Of a DNA stretch of 64,000 nt, positions 18,861 to 29,116 are shown one piece after another (position 1 is the first letter of the stretch; the number at the start of each line of letters is the position of its first letter). A program made the translations under genes and the position numbers. The notes beneath the pieces were generated by a model. That model had not been told where the DNA came from. It made no database searches and was given only the letters and a program-made list of their open reading frames with translations. Source of the DNA: a virus (lineage: Duplodnaviria; Caudoviricetes). The stretch lies in IMG/VR virus record IMGVR_UViG_3300028591_000072, positions 32,001 to 96,000 of that record. One strand, given 5' to 3'.

Positions 18861-19013
18861 TGTATTTAAAATTTTAATTGCCTTTCTTTTTACTTATTAA
18901 CCATTTTTCTTACTTTGTGGAGAAGTGTTTCCAATGGTTCAATCTTATCGTCTGCTTCGTCAATTTCACGAATGAGGTCCCTTAAATATTCTCTTTCTGA
19001 CTTATTCATGGTT

Positions 19014-19424
19014 TTATAATAATTTTTTAACAAACACTATTCTTTCTGAAGCGTATCCTGAAAGTAAATTACTGTCAAATCCATCATAATATTCAGTGCC
19101 AGTTGGTATCTTACACTCAAACAAATGGAAATATTTTCCAAATAGACTTTGATAATAATTGACTATTTCTTTCGCAACTATTTTAGATTGGTAAGTATGA
19201 ATGTACCCTTCAGAAATAATTCGGTAACCATAACTGTCTATTTTGATAGTCCTATCGCCCTCTCCAACATACGGGGAGAATCCATATACAATTTCTGACT
19301 TTATCGGATTTTCTTGGAATGGTGACTTATATGGATACCCTTCAAGTTTACATTCTTCAAGAATCTTATAACAGGATATATCTTCTTCTGCCACTTTTGG
19401 CGCACTGATTATATTTAAGCACAT
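19014..19424 (-). CDS. hypothetical phage protein, paralog of 19497..19997
   Basis: Shared MCL..AE.DI.CYK, G(F/Y)IHTY, FEC.IP.G..YY.G and ASE motifs. Confidence 0.75.
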   Translation of the reverse strand: MCLNIISAPKVAEEDISCYKILEECKLEGYPYKSPFQENPIKSEIVYGFSPYVGEGDRTIKIDSYGYRIISEGYIHTYQSKIVAKEIVNYYQSLFGKYFHLFECKIPTGTEYYDGFDSNLLSGYASERIVFVKKLL

Positions 19425-19496
19425 ATTATTCTTTATTTTTAATCAATTAAATTCATGTCGTTGAATGCTTCTTTATCTATCTTATCCAAATACTCA

Positions 19497-19997
19497 TCAA
19501 AAATGTATACCAGAAATCACGTCTATGTTCATCATTATTTGTTCATGGACATCAATCTTGATTTCTTTAATGAATTTTATTTTTTCAGAAGCGAAAGCCA
19601 CTTCATAAAAGTCATCTTCTCCTTCATAGTATTTTGCACCTTTTGGAATTTCGCATTCAAAAATACAGCAAACATATTTTGGATGAATAAATTCAATATG
19701 ATTTTTTAAATACCACGCACTTGTTAATGACTTATAAGTGTGTATGAATCCATTTCCAATAACATATTTGTTTGAAAATGCATCATACACACTTGTGTTG
19801 TCCGAGTTATAATCCATTCCTTTTATACTTTTTTCTCCATCAGCAAAAAACGGCGTTTTACCATCCACTACAATTTTTCGTATTGGAGTTTTTTGATATG
19901 GGGTCATAAATTCGCCATCACACAATAAAAGAACCTTATAGCATTTAATGTCATTTTCAGCAACAGAATATACAGATGTTTTCGTATTTAAGCACAT
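19497..19997 (-). CDS. hypothetical phage protein, paralog of 19014..19424
   Basis: Same shared motifs. Confidence 0.75.
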   Translation of the reverse strand: MCLNTKTSVYSVAENDIKCYKVLLLCDGEFMTPYQKTPIRKIVVDGKTPFFADGEKSIKGMDYNSDNTSVYDAFSNKYVIGNGFIHTYKSLTSAWYLKNHIEFIHPKYVCCIFECEIPKGAKYYEGEDDFYEVAFASEKIKFIKEIKIDVHEQIMMNIDVISGIHF

Positions 19998-19998
19998 A

Positions 19999-20238
19999 TT
20001 AAAATTCTAAATTTACATCATTAACAGGTTCATCGTTTTCAGTGTCTTCAACCTCTTCGATTCCTCCGTCATCCAAATCCCAGTATGTATATACATCGTT
20101 TTCTGTTATATACCTTTCGGCAATTTCAATTGCTTTTTCTTCTGAATTTTCAGTGTCAGGCACTTCAACAACAATTGATGTATGTGCCGAAAAATCAAGT
20201 CTATATTTAACTGTTTTCATAATTTTATTTTTTTTCAA
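19999..20238 (-). CDS. acidic hypothetical protein
   Basis: ORF abutting its neighbours. Confidence 0.6.
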   Translation of the reverse strand: MKKNKIMKTVKYRLDFSAHTSIVVEVPDTENSEEKAIEIAERYITENDVYTYWDLDDGGIEEVEDTENDEPVNDVNLEF

Positions 20239-20437
20239 CCATTAATATAATTTTATTACTATCATCGCCAAAGATTCTTCTTGAAATAACCTTGTATTCC
20301 TCTTCGATTTCGTTATAATCGCCAAAGTGCAATACAACAATATCGCCAACAATAGGGATAACGCCATCCCAATTTGGCCATTGTTTGATATATCCCCATC
20401 CTATTCCGTCTCTAAACTCTAATGTAAAATCTTTCAT
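20225..20437 (-). CDS. hypothetical protein (start probably MKDFTLEF)
   Basis: ATG at 20437 follows the TTGTATAAT motif. Confidence 0.6.
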   Translation of the reverse strand: MKDFTLEFRDGIGWGYIKQWPNWDGVIPIVGDIVVLHFGDYNEIEEEYKVISRRIFGDDSNKIILMVEKK

Positions 20438-20507
20438 TTTTCCTTTTTTAACAATTATACAAAATAATTTGTTAAATACCAAACTATTTATTGAAAAATA
20501 ATATTAT

Positions 20508-21290
20508 ATGAATAATAAAAAGAGGGTAAACGAAACCAAGACAAGGACGTTAAACGAAAGCGCAATAAGGAAAATAGTTTCAGAGACTTTAAGAAGACTT
20601 ATAAAAGAATATGGAGATGATGAATTGGGAGATGACTACGTTGACCATGATGAATGGCGTTCAGAAGAACCATCTGAAAACGAAGTAATGCAAATACTAC
20701 AGCAAATTCAAAAAAAATGTAATGAATGCGGTGCAACATTTAAAAACCTTGGAGAAAACGAGTTTGGGGTAATATCAAAAAATGGAAATTGCAGCGAAGT
20801 TGGAAATCTATTACAATATTTAGAACAAAATAGAATTATAAATAGAACCGGAGGCCATATATCAATAAATAATCCGTGGCATGTAAAATATAGAGTGATA
20901 AGCGGTATGAAATTAAATAAACCGTCAATAAATGAAATAGGTGATACGCCAAAAGGACAATATAAGTTGGGAAGACTTGACGCAAGATACATAAAAAAAA
21001 TGCTTAGGTCAAATGATGATGAAGAACAGCATAGATTACTAAAAAAAGCTGATGATATCAACGATTATGCCGAAAGTCAAATACATCCTGAAAAATATGA
21101 TGGAGTCGAAGACGAAGAAGAACTGTATTCATTACCAAAAGCATATAAGCTTGGATATAAAGACGAGCTTGGCGGGAAAACAGCGTCAGATAGACTACTT
21201 GATTTTTTCGGGTATGAGAACCGTGCCAATAATCCCGAAAAAGAATCTGAATTCAGAAAAAAACATCTTAAAGGCACAAGCATAGTATGA
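20508..21290 (+). CDS. putative virion protein
   Basis: Late motif upstream; LNESAIRKIVSETLRRLIKE motif. Confidence 0.65.
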   Translation: MNNKKRVNETKTRTLNESAIRKIVSETLRRLIKEYGDDELGDDYVDHDEWRSEEPSENEVMQILQQIQKKCNECGATFKNLGENEFGVISKNGNCSEVGNLLQYLEQNRIINRTGGHISINNPWHVKYRVISGMKLNKPSINEIGDTPKGQYKLGRLDARYIKKMLRSNDDEEQHRLLKKADDINDYAESQIHPEKYDGVEDEEELYSLPKAYKLGYKDELGGKTASDRLLDFFGYENRANNPEKESEFRKKHLKGTSIV

Positions 21291-21334
21291 TTAAAAAAAC
21301 ATTAACTAAATAATAATTTTTAAATATTAAATAA

Positions 21335-22186
21335 ATGAAAGCTTTTTTTAATGCAATATTTAATTTTTTCAAAACATTGTTTGGTAAAAAGCCTGTTGTA
21401 GAAAACGCAACAAATAGCGAACCGATATCAAATGAAAATGACACGATAGTAAATAATGAAGTGCATAATGAGCCCAATAGTGAGCCAATTGATGAACCCA
21501 ATGAACCCATTGATGAGCCAAATCTTGGACAATCAGGAGAACCAACTTCAAATGATTGTAAGATGGTAATTTTGATTGATAATGGCCACGGAAATAACAC
21601 ACCAGGAAAGAAAAGCCCATATTCTTGCTATGGGGTAAAACCTGAAATTGAATTTTACGAATACAAATGGAATAGGGAAATTGCGACAGAAATCCATAAA
21701 AGACTTGTCGCTCTTGGATATGATGCAAGAATAATCGTACCTGAAATCATAGATATTTCATTAAAAGAAAGAGTTAATAGGGTCAATAAAATATGTACTG
21801 AAGTCGGTACACAAAATGTAATACTTCTTTCTGTACATGCAAATGCGGCAGGTAATGGAAAAGAATGGAAAACAGCAAGAGGATGGTGCGCATTTACGAC
21901 AAAAGGAACAACAAAAAGTGACACATTTGCAGAGTTTTTATATGACGAAGCAAAGAAAAACTTTGTAGGACACCAAATTAGAATGGATAAAACCGATGGC
22001 GACAGCGATTTGGAATCAAACTTTTATATAATCTATCATTCATATTGTACTGCTGTTCTTACCGAAAACTTTTTCTATGACAATGTTGAAGACGTAAAAT
22101 ATATATTGTCAGCAGAAGGCCGTGAAATGGTAATTAAAACACATGTTGATGGAATAATAAATTATTTAAATTCCTTAAAAAAATGA
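21335..22186 (+). CDS. N-acetylmuramoyl-L-alanine amidase (Amidase_3), putative endolysin
   Basis: IDNGHG...E...LSVHANA...VLTENFF zinc ligands; amphipathic N-terminus and EP(I/N)-rich linker. Confidence 0.9.
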   Translation: MKAFFNAIFNFFKTLFGKKPVVENATNSEPISNENDTIVNNEVHNEPNSEPIDEPNEPIDEPNLGQSGEPTSNDCKMVILIDNGHGNNTPGKKSPYSCYGVKPEIEFYEYKWNREIATEIHKRLVALGYDARIIVPEIIDISLKERVNRVNKICTEVGTQNVILLSVHANAAGNGKEWKTARGWCAFTTKGTTKSDTFAEFLYDEAKKNFVGHQIRMDKTDGDSDLESNFYIIYHSYCTAVLTENFFYDNVEDVKYILSAEGREMVIKTHVDGIINYLNSLKK

Positions 22187-22626
22187 TAGATGTTAATATA
22201 ATCAAAAAGGAAAGAAAAATGGCTGGTGAACTTGACGAACAAAAATTAATAAAAATTAACGAGAACGATATAATATCAATGGTCAAACGTGCTATTAATG
22301 AAGTTTCGTCAAAGAAAACAGCAATAAACAGGATATATAAAGCAACACACGATATAACAAATCACTTATATCGTGACGAAAATTGGCACGGAGTAACATT
22401 AGTTGTTGACGCAATTGAATCTCTTGGATATGAATGCGAAGTTACGGTTAAAGACGGTGGATATATGAAAAACGAAAGAGACCCATATGGACTTCCTTGG
22501 AAAGAATATCGCCTAACAATAACTACACCTGAGTGGTTTGAAATACATGGAACTCTTAATTGTCACGCAGCAGGAACAACTGAAGACCCGTTTGAAAGAT
22601 ATGACATGTCATTGGTTATATGGTAA
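22183..22626 (+). CDS. putative virion protein
   Basis: INENDIISMVKRAINE motif. Confidence 0.6.
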   Translation: MIDVNIIKKERKMAGELDEQKLIKINENDIISMVKRAINEVSSKKTAINRIYKATHDITNHLYRDENWHGVTLVVDAIESLGYECEVTVKDGGYMKNERDPYGLPWKEYRLTITTPEWFEIHGTLNCHAAGTTEDPFERYDMSLVIW

Positions 22627-22653
22627 ACAATAAATTAAAAAGCAAAATATAAT

Positions 22654-22959
22654 ATGAAAAAGCAAGTATTAAAAATAAACGAAAGCCAATTAATGAATAT
22701 AATTGCAGAAGCAACGAAAAGAATTTTAAAAGAAGGAACATCTTTTAATGATAACATAAAAAAATGGCAATATTTAAAAGAAACAGCAGGAGACGAACAA
22801 ATGCTTGAATGTTTGTTTCAATGGGCTTCTTCAGACCAAATAGAGAAATGGCTTGAATGGTTTGATGAAGAAGGATATTTCGAAGGTTCTCCTTTCGAAG
22901 GAACTGAAGAAGAATTCAGCGATGAAGACGAATTAGAAGGTGATGGCGATTTATATTAA
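22654..22959 (+). CDS. putative virion protein
   Basis: INESQLMNIIAEATKRILKE motif. Confidence 0.65.
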   Translation: MKKQVLKINESQLMNIIAEATKRILKEGTSFNDNIKKWQYLKETAGDEQMLECLFQWASSDQIEKWLEWFDEEGYFEGSPFEGTEEEFSDEDELEGDGDLY

Positions 22960-23027
22960 AAAGTACATTCACAAAATAATAAAGGGTGACGAGTTATCGC
23001 CACCCTTTTTTAATAATAAGATTTAAT

Positions 23028-23378
23028 TCACTTTTTCTTTACGGTAATGATTAATTTACCGTTATTAATTTCAGCATCAAGAGTATCAGCATCTGCATTT
23101 TTAGGAAGATATTCCTTAACACTTACCATATGTTCGGAAGTCTCTTTCTTAATGTGATATTTAACTTCAACCATTCCATCTTTTTCAAGATTAATTTCAA
23201 CGTTGTCTGATGTTGAATTTACGTCAACATCCATTGAAAGTTCATAGTATCCGTCTTTTGATACAAAATTTGATGCATTGTTAAATAACGGTTTTCCAAA
23301 ATCAAAAGCATCGAAAAGTTTTGAAAAATCATTTTCAAAAGTAGTTAATGGGAAATAACCAAATAATCTTTCCAACAT
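23028..23378 (-). CDS. small heat-shock protein (Hsp20/alpha-crystallin)
   Basis: LPKNADADTLDAEINNGKLIITV C-terminal motif. Confidence 0.8.
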   Translation of the reverse strand: MLERLFGYFPLTTFENDFSKLFDAFDFGKPLFNNASNFVSKDGYYELSMDVDVNSTSDNVEINLEKDGMVEVKYHIKKETSEHMVSVKEYLPKNADADTLDAEINNGKLIITVKKK

Positions 23379-23411
23379 AGTACTATTATTTTATAAATTA
23401 TTATGATTTGT

Positions 23412-24737
23412 AATCGGGAAAACCCACTACTTTAGTGATGGGATGAAAGCGAACTCACCTTCTTTTTTGTAAATATACAATTTTTTTACAAAAAATCAAA
23501 ACTTTTTGTAAAAACAAACTATTTATATGTAGAATGAAGGAAATTTACAAATCATACAAATTCAGAATCTACCCGAATAAGGAACAACAAGTCGTCCTTG
23601 CCCGGTATTTTGGCTCTGTGTGTTTTGTGTATAACCATTTCCTTGCTGAACGGAAACGACAATACGAAGAAACAAATTCTTCGGATAATTACTACGCACA
23701 GGCGAAGGCGCTGACGGAGCTCAAGCACTCTGAAGAATTCTCGTGGCTATCCGAAATCAATTCCCAAACCCTACAGCACGCTCTTCGTCATCTTGAAACA
23801 GCATATGTCAATTTCTTCCGTGGAAATGCAAAGTTTCCATCATTTAAATCAAAGAAAGCCAAGAACAGTTTTACGGTTCCACAGCATTGTACAATATCAG
23901 GTAACAGAATCTATATTCCTAAGTTCAAAGAAGGCATTAAGGTAAGGGAACACCGAAAGGTTAATGGTATTGTAAAGAGTATGACAATTTCTTTGACACC
24001 GGACGGTAAATACTATGTTTCCATCCTATCAAAAGAAAATTGTGAAACTATAGGCAAAACCGGTAAGGTGGTAGGTATTGACTTGGGCTTGAAGGATTTC
24101 GTCATTACATCCGATGGAAGGAAGTATAAGAACCATCGTTACATAAAACAATATGAAAAAGAGTTAGCGACAGCACAAAAACATCTCTCTCGTAAACAAT
24201 ACGGCAGCAATTCCTATGAAAAACAAAGAAGAAAGGTTGCCAGGATACACGAGAAAATAGCCAACTGTCGTATGGACAATCAACACAAAGTTTCTCTTGA
24301 TTTAATCAGAAACTACGATGTTATCTGCTTAGAAGACTTAAACATCAAGGGAATGGTTAAGAACAGTCGCCTGGCAAAAGCAATCAACGATGCCTCATGG
24401 GGACAATTTGTTTCAATGCTTACCTATAAGGCAGAACTAAATGATAAACAGGTTGTTAAAATAGATAGGTGGTATCCTTCGAGTAAAACCTGCCACAATT
24501 GTGGGTGGGTTAATGAAGGCTTAAAACTATCAGACAGGCAATGGGATTGCCCTCATTGTGGCGAGGTGATAGACAGAGATGTTAATGCCGCTAAAAACAT
24601 CCTCTCAGAAGGATTAAGAAATATATCGGTGGGGCACACCGATTACACTGATGGAGGCATAGTAAGACTCAGCAATGAGCATCAGCCCGTGAAGTCAGGA
24701 AGAAGCCCACGATTTTAATTGTGGGAGTCTATGTCAC
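23412..24737 (+). mobile_element. non-autonomous IS200/IS605-family element (tnpB only)
   Basis: Subterminal hairpins at 23423-23442 and 24706-24725; right end ...GTGGGAGTCTATGTCAC; no tnpA; left boundary approximate. Confidence 0.75.
23534..24718 (+). CDS. tnpB: TnpB RNA-guided endonuclease
   Basis: KSYKFRIYP HTH; GIDLG (RuvC-I), LEDL (RuvC-II), CHNC/CPHC zinc finger, DRDVNAAKN (RuvC-III). Confidence 0.95.
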   Translation: MKEIYKSYKFRIYPNKEQQVVLARYFGSVCFVYNHFLAERKRQYEETNSSDNYYAQAKALTELKHSEEFSWLSEINSQTLQHALRHLETAYVNFFRGNAKFPSFKSKKAKNSFTVPQHCTISGNRIYIPKFKEGIKVREHRKVNGIVKSMTISLTPDGKYYVSILSKENCETIGKTGKVVGIDLGLKDFVITSDGRKYKNHRYIKQYEKELATAQKHLSRKQYGSNSYEKQRRKVARIHEKIANCRMDNQHKVSLDLIRNYDVICLEDLNIKGMVKNSRLAKAINDASWGQFVSMLTYKAELNDKQVVKIDRWYPSSKTCHNCGWVNEGLKLSDRQWDCPHCGEVIDRDVNAAKNILSEGLRNISVGHTDYTDGGIVRLSNEHQPVKSGRSPRF

Positions 24738-24952
24738 AGTCTTGTAACAATTCTACCCCTTGTAAGGTCATAAGGTGAAATTTCAACTTTCACCCTATCA
24801 CCTTCAAGTATTCTTATGTAGTTTTGCCTAATTTTTCCACTTATTACACAAAGTAATTCAATTCCAGTATCATCCAATTCAACTCTAAACATTGCATTTG
24901 GCAATGCTTGTATCACAATTCCTTCTTGTGTAATTAATCCTTGCTTAGACAT
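24734..24952 (-). CDS. infA: translation initiation factor IF-1
   Basis: [11 protein letters not shown]...[32 protein letters not shown]. Confidence 0.97.
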   Translation of the reverse strand: MSKQGLITQEGIVIQALPNAMFRVELDDTGIELLCVISGKIRQNYIRILEGDRVKVEISPYDLTRGRIVTRL

Positions 24953-24957
24953 AAATA

Positions 24958-26073
24958 TTAGATAATTGATTTTTTAACCGTATCGTATCCCGCTTCTCCA
25001 TAATGGAAAATTTCAGCGAGTGTAATAGGCTTATTAAGTGTAGTTTCAATACCACGTTCCCTTAAAATTGCTTCAGCCTTAGGAACAGCCAATTCTTTAA
25101 ACTCATATTTTGACATTAATCTGCCTTTTCTCAAAAGTGCGCCATCAATATTCTTCATATCTTCATTGAAAGTACAGATAAATTTCATTCCAAGGTCATC
25201 AGAAAGCAATCCATCAGTCATATTAAGCAATAAAGATACTGCTGAAGCGCTTCCGCTTTCTTTCCTATCCCTGATTGCATTTTCGCAGTCTTCAAGAATG
25301 ATAACGTGGTTATTCAAAGTAATAAGGAAAGAGCCAAATGATGGTTCCCCTAAAAGCGTAATCATACTTGCAGGAACATATACAAACTTTCTGTTTGGAA
25401 ACAAATTAACAAGATGTTTAATATATGATGTCTTTCCTGTTCCTTTTTCTCCATGCAAAATAACAAGCCCACTCTTATCATCTTCAGCAATAAAATTACG
25501 GATTTTTTCATCTTCAGCCTCAAATCCGTCATTGTACAATTTATTAATATTGAAATTTTGGTAAACTTTGACCTTCCCCTTATCAAGATAATATCCTGAT
25601 GGACTACTACACAATCTCCAAATGTTGTTTTCCTCTCCCTCAGGTGCTATATAGAATTGAAGCACGGATTCAACAAATGATTGCAACTCGTCCAAATGCT
25701 TGTTGTCGAAAAGAACATAGGACTCTGTTACAGAAGTTTCAAATCTTGCATAAATGTTACTTTTATTAAGAATAATGCAAAATCCGAGATTTGTTTTATC
25801 TTCTTTGCTTCCTAAAACCGTAGTGAAATATGGAGTAAATTCAACATCCTCTTCTTTAGAAGTATGTTCCAATAAATAATTTGCTATTTTCTTTGTATCA
25901 AATTTATAATCTCCATTAGTTCTTGATTCATAATCAAAAAGATAGCATCCAGGGAAATAGCCATTTTTTGCATAAAATAAATTTTGTAATGAAATTCCGT
26001 CAACATCACCATATCTACTTGATTTATCAAATGGCAATTGAATGTTTTCAAATTTTTTAATTCCTTCAATCAT
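24958..26073 (-). CDS. AAA+ ATPase
   Basis: GEKGTGKT Walker A, IILEDCE Walker [15 protein letters not shown]. Confidence 0.88.
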   Translation of the reverse strand: MIEGIKKFENIQLPFDKSSRYGDVDGISLQNLFYAKNGYFPGCYLFDYESRTNGDYKFDTKKIANYLLEHTSKEEDVEFTPYFTTVLGSKEDKTNLGFCIILNKSNIYARFETSVTESYVLFDNKHLDELQSFVESVLQFYIAPEGEENNIWRLCSSPSGYYLDKGKVKVYQNFNINKLYNDGFEAEDEKIRNFIAEDDKSGLVILHGEKGTGKTSYIKHLVNLFPNRKFVYVPASMITLLGEPSFGSFLITLNNHVIILEDCENAIRDRKESGSASAVSLLLNMTDGLLSDDLGMKFICTFNEDMKNIDGALLRKGRLMSKYEFKELAVPKAEAILRERGIETTLNKPITLAEIFHYGEAGYDTVKKSII

Positions 26074-26183
26074 AGATTTATTTAAATATTTTCATTTAAT
26101 ATACAAATATTATTTATTATTTCAAAATTTTTCAATATTAATTTTTGCATATAGTCCCATTTTAAAATATTATGAACTATAAA

Positions 26184-26402
26184 TCATATTGTATCCTTTC
26201 TTATGTACATTGTATTTTTTGTTTGGTCAAGTAGGCAACGACAACTTATTGGTAATTTAATTTGGTTATCAGATAAGATTTTTGTTGCCGAATTCCTTCC
26301 TGAAATTGCATTTGGCCGAAAAACGTGTTTATAATTCCATTTATCACCACCAATATAACAAGAGTAAAAATTATCTGTATATGCATATCCTTTCGATTTC
26401 AT
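26184..26402 (-). CDS. hypothetical protein
   Basis: Coupled small ORF. Confidence 0.4.
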   Translation of the reverse strand: MKSKGYAYTDNFYSCYIGGDKWNYKHVFRPNAISGRNSATKILSDNQIKLPISCRCLLDQTKNTMYIRKDTI

Positions 26403-26629
26403 ATTTTATATGTTTTTACGATATTTATTCCTTCAGATGAGTTTTTAATAAATATATTGTTATCCTCAAGGTATAATGTATTAATTATATGAGATGCACC
26501 GTTTTTGCTATAATCATAATAAGAGTCATAAGGTACTGTCCCAAATGTTGCGACAGTATCTTCATCATATATAAACAAACTATCATTGTCCGAATTTAAT
26601 TTTTTTGAACGTCTAATTGCCTTACTCAT
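26399..26629 (-). CDS. hypothetical protein
   Basis: Coupled small ORF. Confidence 0.45.
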   Translation of the reverse strand: MSKAIRRSKKLNSDNDSLFIYDEDTVATFGTVPYDSYYDYSKNGASHIINTLYLEDNNIFIKNSSEGINIVKTYKI

Positions 26630-29114
26630 TTTTTATTTCCATTCTTATTTCTTCTAATTCTTTATATAGCATGTTTTTTTCAGAAAAAAACGTTTTTGGC
26701 CTTATTTCAGATTCTGAAACAAAATTTAAACTGTTTTTTGGCCTTGTACACATTACATATTGAAGATGTTTTTCTTCTTCTATTTCCCACTTTGCTTCTG
26801 CCAATTTACTTGGTATTAGAGATGGGCATATAATAAATACGTTGTCAGCCTCAAGCCCCTTTGCTCTGTGTATTGTTGATAATTGGATACCACCATCTTC
26901 TTCGTTTGAAAATATATCATTTATGAATTTTTCGACATCTTCCCTTGTTTCAACAGTTTTTGGGAAATTCTCTATTGTTTTGATATTATCAAGTAATGAA
27001 ATTATAATTGGATTTGTCATTGTTTCTTTTTTATCAAGTCCACTTTCCTCGGTAAAGAAATCCCACGTTGCTATAATTCTATGCTTTAGGCTATCAATAA
27101 TTTCTTTTGGTGTGTTACCATAAGAGCAATCAATTGCTGTTATCAATGATTTACCAAGTTCTTCACCTTTAAAGCACATCTTTTTCCCTTGTGAAACCCC
27201 TATCCTATAAAAATCCATTAAAGGTGATATATTTCTGCAAAGAACCATATCGCCATTTTTTATATCGTTTATGTACGTATCAAAATTAACTGACCCTTCA
27301 GGCGCATTTTCTCTTGCGTGAATATTGTTATCTGTATATCTTTTTGCGTATTCAATTATTTTAGTTCCGCACCTATAGTTGGTTGTTAAAGGAAATTCAA
27401 CGGAATCACGCCTGAATTGTGTGGTATCTTTTAAGTGCTCAAACGATTCAGAATCACTTCCACACCATGTGTTAATGCAATTGTGCGTCAAAATTCCATC
27501 AGCAACATAATTATGCCTTTTTTCCACTTCTATTGAATATACTTTCTTTTTTTCATTTAATATTTCAATATTGTTTATAACGCTATATGCACATTTATAA
27601 AATTTACAAATTTTATTACTTTTAGTTCTTTCTGAATAATTTTTTTCATCAAAATAATTAACAGACATTACAGAAGGTATTAAGTTACATGCTCTTATTT
27701 TAAACATGTGGTCTCTTGCATATTTTTGCTTATCCCCTTTAAACGTAAATGGGTAATTAATGTTCTTGTTAAAATAAGAAAGACATTTTAATGCTCTGTC
27801 AGTAATGTCACCAAGATATTTTTCATAATATTCTAAAACATCATCTTTTGTAAATTTACATTTATTACCACTTCTGTTCGGATTAAATATAATTTGTGGT
27901 ATTCCAAATTTTGCTGAAATAAACGATTCAAACATCATGGCATCTTTATTAGAATCTAATACGCATAAAATCCAAACTTCGTTACATTCTTCATATTTCA
28001 TTCTTATTTTAGCACCAAATCCTTCTTTTTCACTTTTAAACATTTTACTTTTCCCAATACGCCACATTCCACATTCGTTTTTCATTAAATAAACGACATA
28101 TTTTCCTTCACATTTTTTTCTATCAAATTTAGCATAACAAATATGATTTTCAGAATATTCGCTACAAAGCCCATTTTCTGTATATATTTTAAATGTCTTA
28201 TCAACAAATCTTTCAGATTTTCCAATAACCATGCATCCTTTATTGACTTTTGGCGATTTTTTATAATAAGTATAAACACCAGTTTCTGATTCGTTATAAG
28301 TCATTACCCTATCACCAACTTCAATATCTTCAATATTTTTTTCTTCATAATTTGTTAATAAAACTTTAGTTCCAGCTGGCTGACATTGGTCCCTGTCGCC
28401 AAAAGAAAACATTCTTGTTTCTCTCTTAAAGCATCTGCTTATAACGTCTTGTTGCGCAATTGAAGCATCTTGTGCCTCATCAAGCATTATAATATCTGAA
28501 CTATATATTTTTGTAAAATACCCGTATTGACTTGGAAACCATAACAAATCCTGAAAATCCACAACATCGGTTGTGTTGTATCCCCATTCAAGAACTTTAT
28601 TAACAAAAGCGCATTCATCAGCGACTAAAATCATGTTGTATTTCTTTTCGGCCAAACGCTTCAACTCCCTTTCTGACTTTTTAAGGTTATGACGTGCCTT
28701 GTTTAGTAATTCAAAAACATTTGACTTATAAATCATTTTTGAATTTCTTGCAAGTGAAAAATATGCTTCACTTCCAATTTCATCAATATTTTTATTAATG
28801 TAATTCCTATATTTGTTGTCATCAATGTTTGGATTAAATCCAAAATGCTCAACAAACATTCTATAAGCCAATCCGTGAATTGTATAGACTTTTATGTTTT
28901 TTTTGCCGCCAATTTTTTCAACTAATGTATCTCTTGTTGACCTATTATGTGCTAACAGCATAACCTTTTTATCTGGCTTTATCCTATTTGCACATTCGAC
29001 AAGCGTTGTTGTTTTTCCTGCACCAGCAACCGCCTGAACAATCATGTTTTGAATTCCATGTTCAGCAAAATCGAAAATTGCTTTTTGTTCGTCACTAAAA
29101 TTAAAATCAGGCAT
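26622..29114 (-). CDS. UvrD/Rep-family SF1 helicase, intein-containing
   Basis: AVAGAGKTT, LDEAQD, GDRDQ, NYRC, STIHRAKGLE, YVMCTR. Confidence 0.92.
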   Translation of the reverse strand: MPDFNFSDEQKAIFDFAEHGIQNMIVQAVAGAGKTTTLVECANRIKPDKKVMLLAHNRSTRDTLVEKIGGKKNIKVYTIHGLAYRMFVEHFGFNPNIDDNKYRNYINKNIDEIGSEAYFSLARNSKMIYKSNVFELLNKARHNLKKSERELKRLAEKKYNMILVADECAFVNKVLEWGYNTTDVVDFQDLLWFPSQYGYFTKIYSSDIIMLDEAQDASIAQQDVISRCFKRETRMFSFGDRDQCQPAGTKVLLTNYEEKNIEDIEVGDRVMTYNESETGVYTYYKKSPKVNKGCMVIGKSERFVDKTFKIYTENGLCSEYSENHICYAKFDRKKCEGKYVVYLMKNECGMWRIGKSKMFKSEKEGFGAKIRMKYEECNEVWILCVLDSNKDAMMFESFISAKFGIPQIIFNPNRSGNKCKFTKDDVLEYYEKYLGDITDRALKCLSYFNKNINYPFTFKGDKQKYARDHMFKIRACNLIPSVMSVNYFDEKNYSERTKSNKICKFYKCAYSVINNIEILNEKKKVYSIEVEKRHNYVADGILTHNCINTWCGSDSESFEHLKDTTQFRRDSVEFPLTTNYRCGTKIIEYAKRYTDNNIHARENAPEGSVNFDTYINDIKNGDMVLCRNISPLMDFYRIGVSQGKKMCFKGEELGKSLITAIDCSYGNTPKEIIDSLKHRIIATWDFFTEESGLDKKETMTNPIIISLLDNIKTIENFPKTVETREDVEKFINDIFSNEEDGGIQLSTIHRAKGLEADNVFIICPSLIPSKLAEAKWEIEEEKHLQYVMCTRPKNSLNFVSESEIRPKTFFSEKNMLYKELEEIRMEIKNE
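27480..28385 (-). mobile_element. intein (302 aa) in helicase motif III with a GIY-YIG-like central domain
   Basis: GDRDQ|CQPAGTKV...HNYVADGILTHN|CINTW; removal restores the GDxxQ-C-I motif. Confidence 0.88.
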
Positions 29115-29116
29115 TA

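Noticed and set aside
18926-18942. 17-nt stretch (TTGAACCATTGGAAACA, minus strand) matching my recollection of the Bacteroides II-C repeat 3' part, a possible solitary-repeat anti-CRISPR
   Set aside because: It lies inside a plausible 39-aa ORF (18890-19009), the flanks do not match, and the comparison relies on memory; likely chance
23534-24718. TnpB as a Cas12-type effector for the array
   Set aside because: It lies 10 kb away, has IS605-type end hairpins and has no adjacent repeats
24958-26073. AAA ATPase as the sigma54 activator
   Set aside because: No GAFTGA loop; motifs fit a classical-clade AAA
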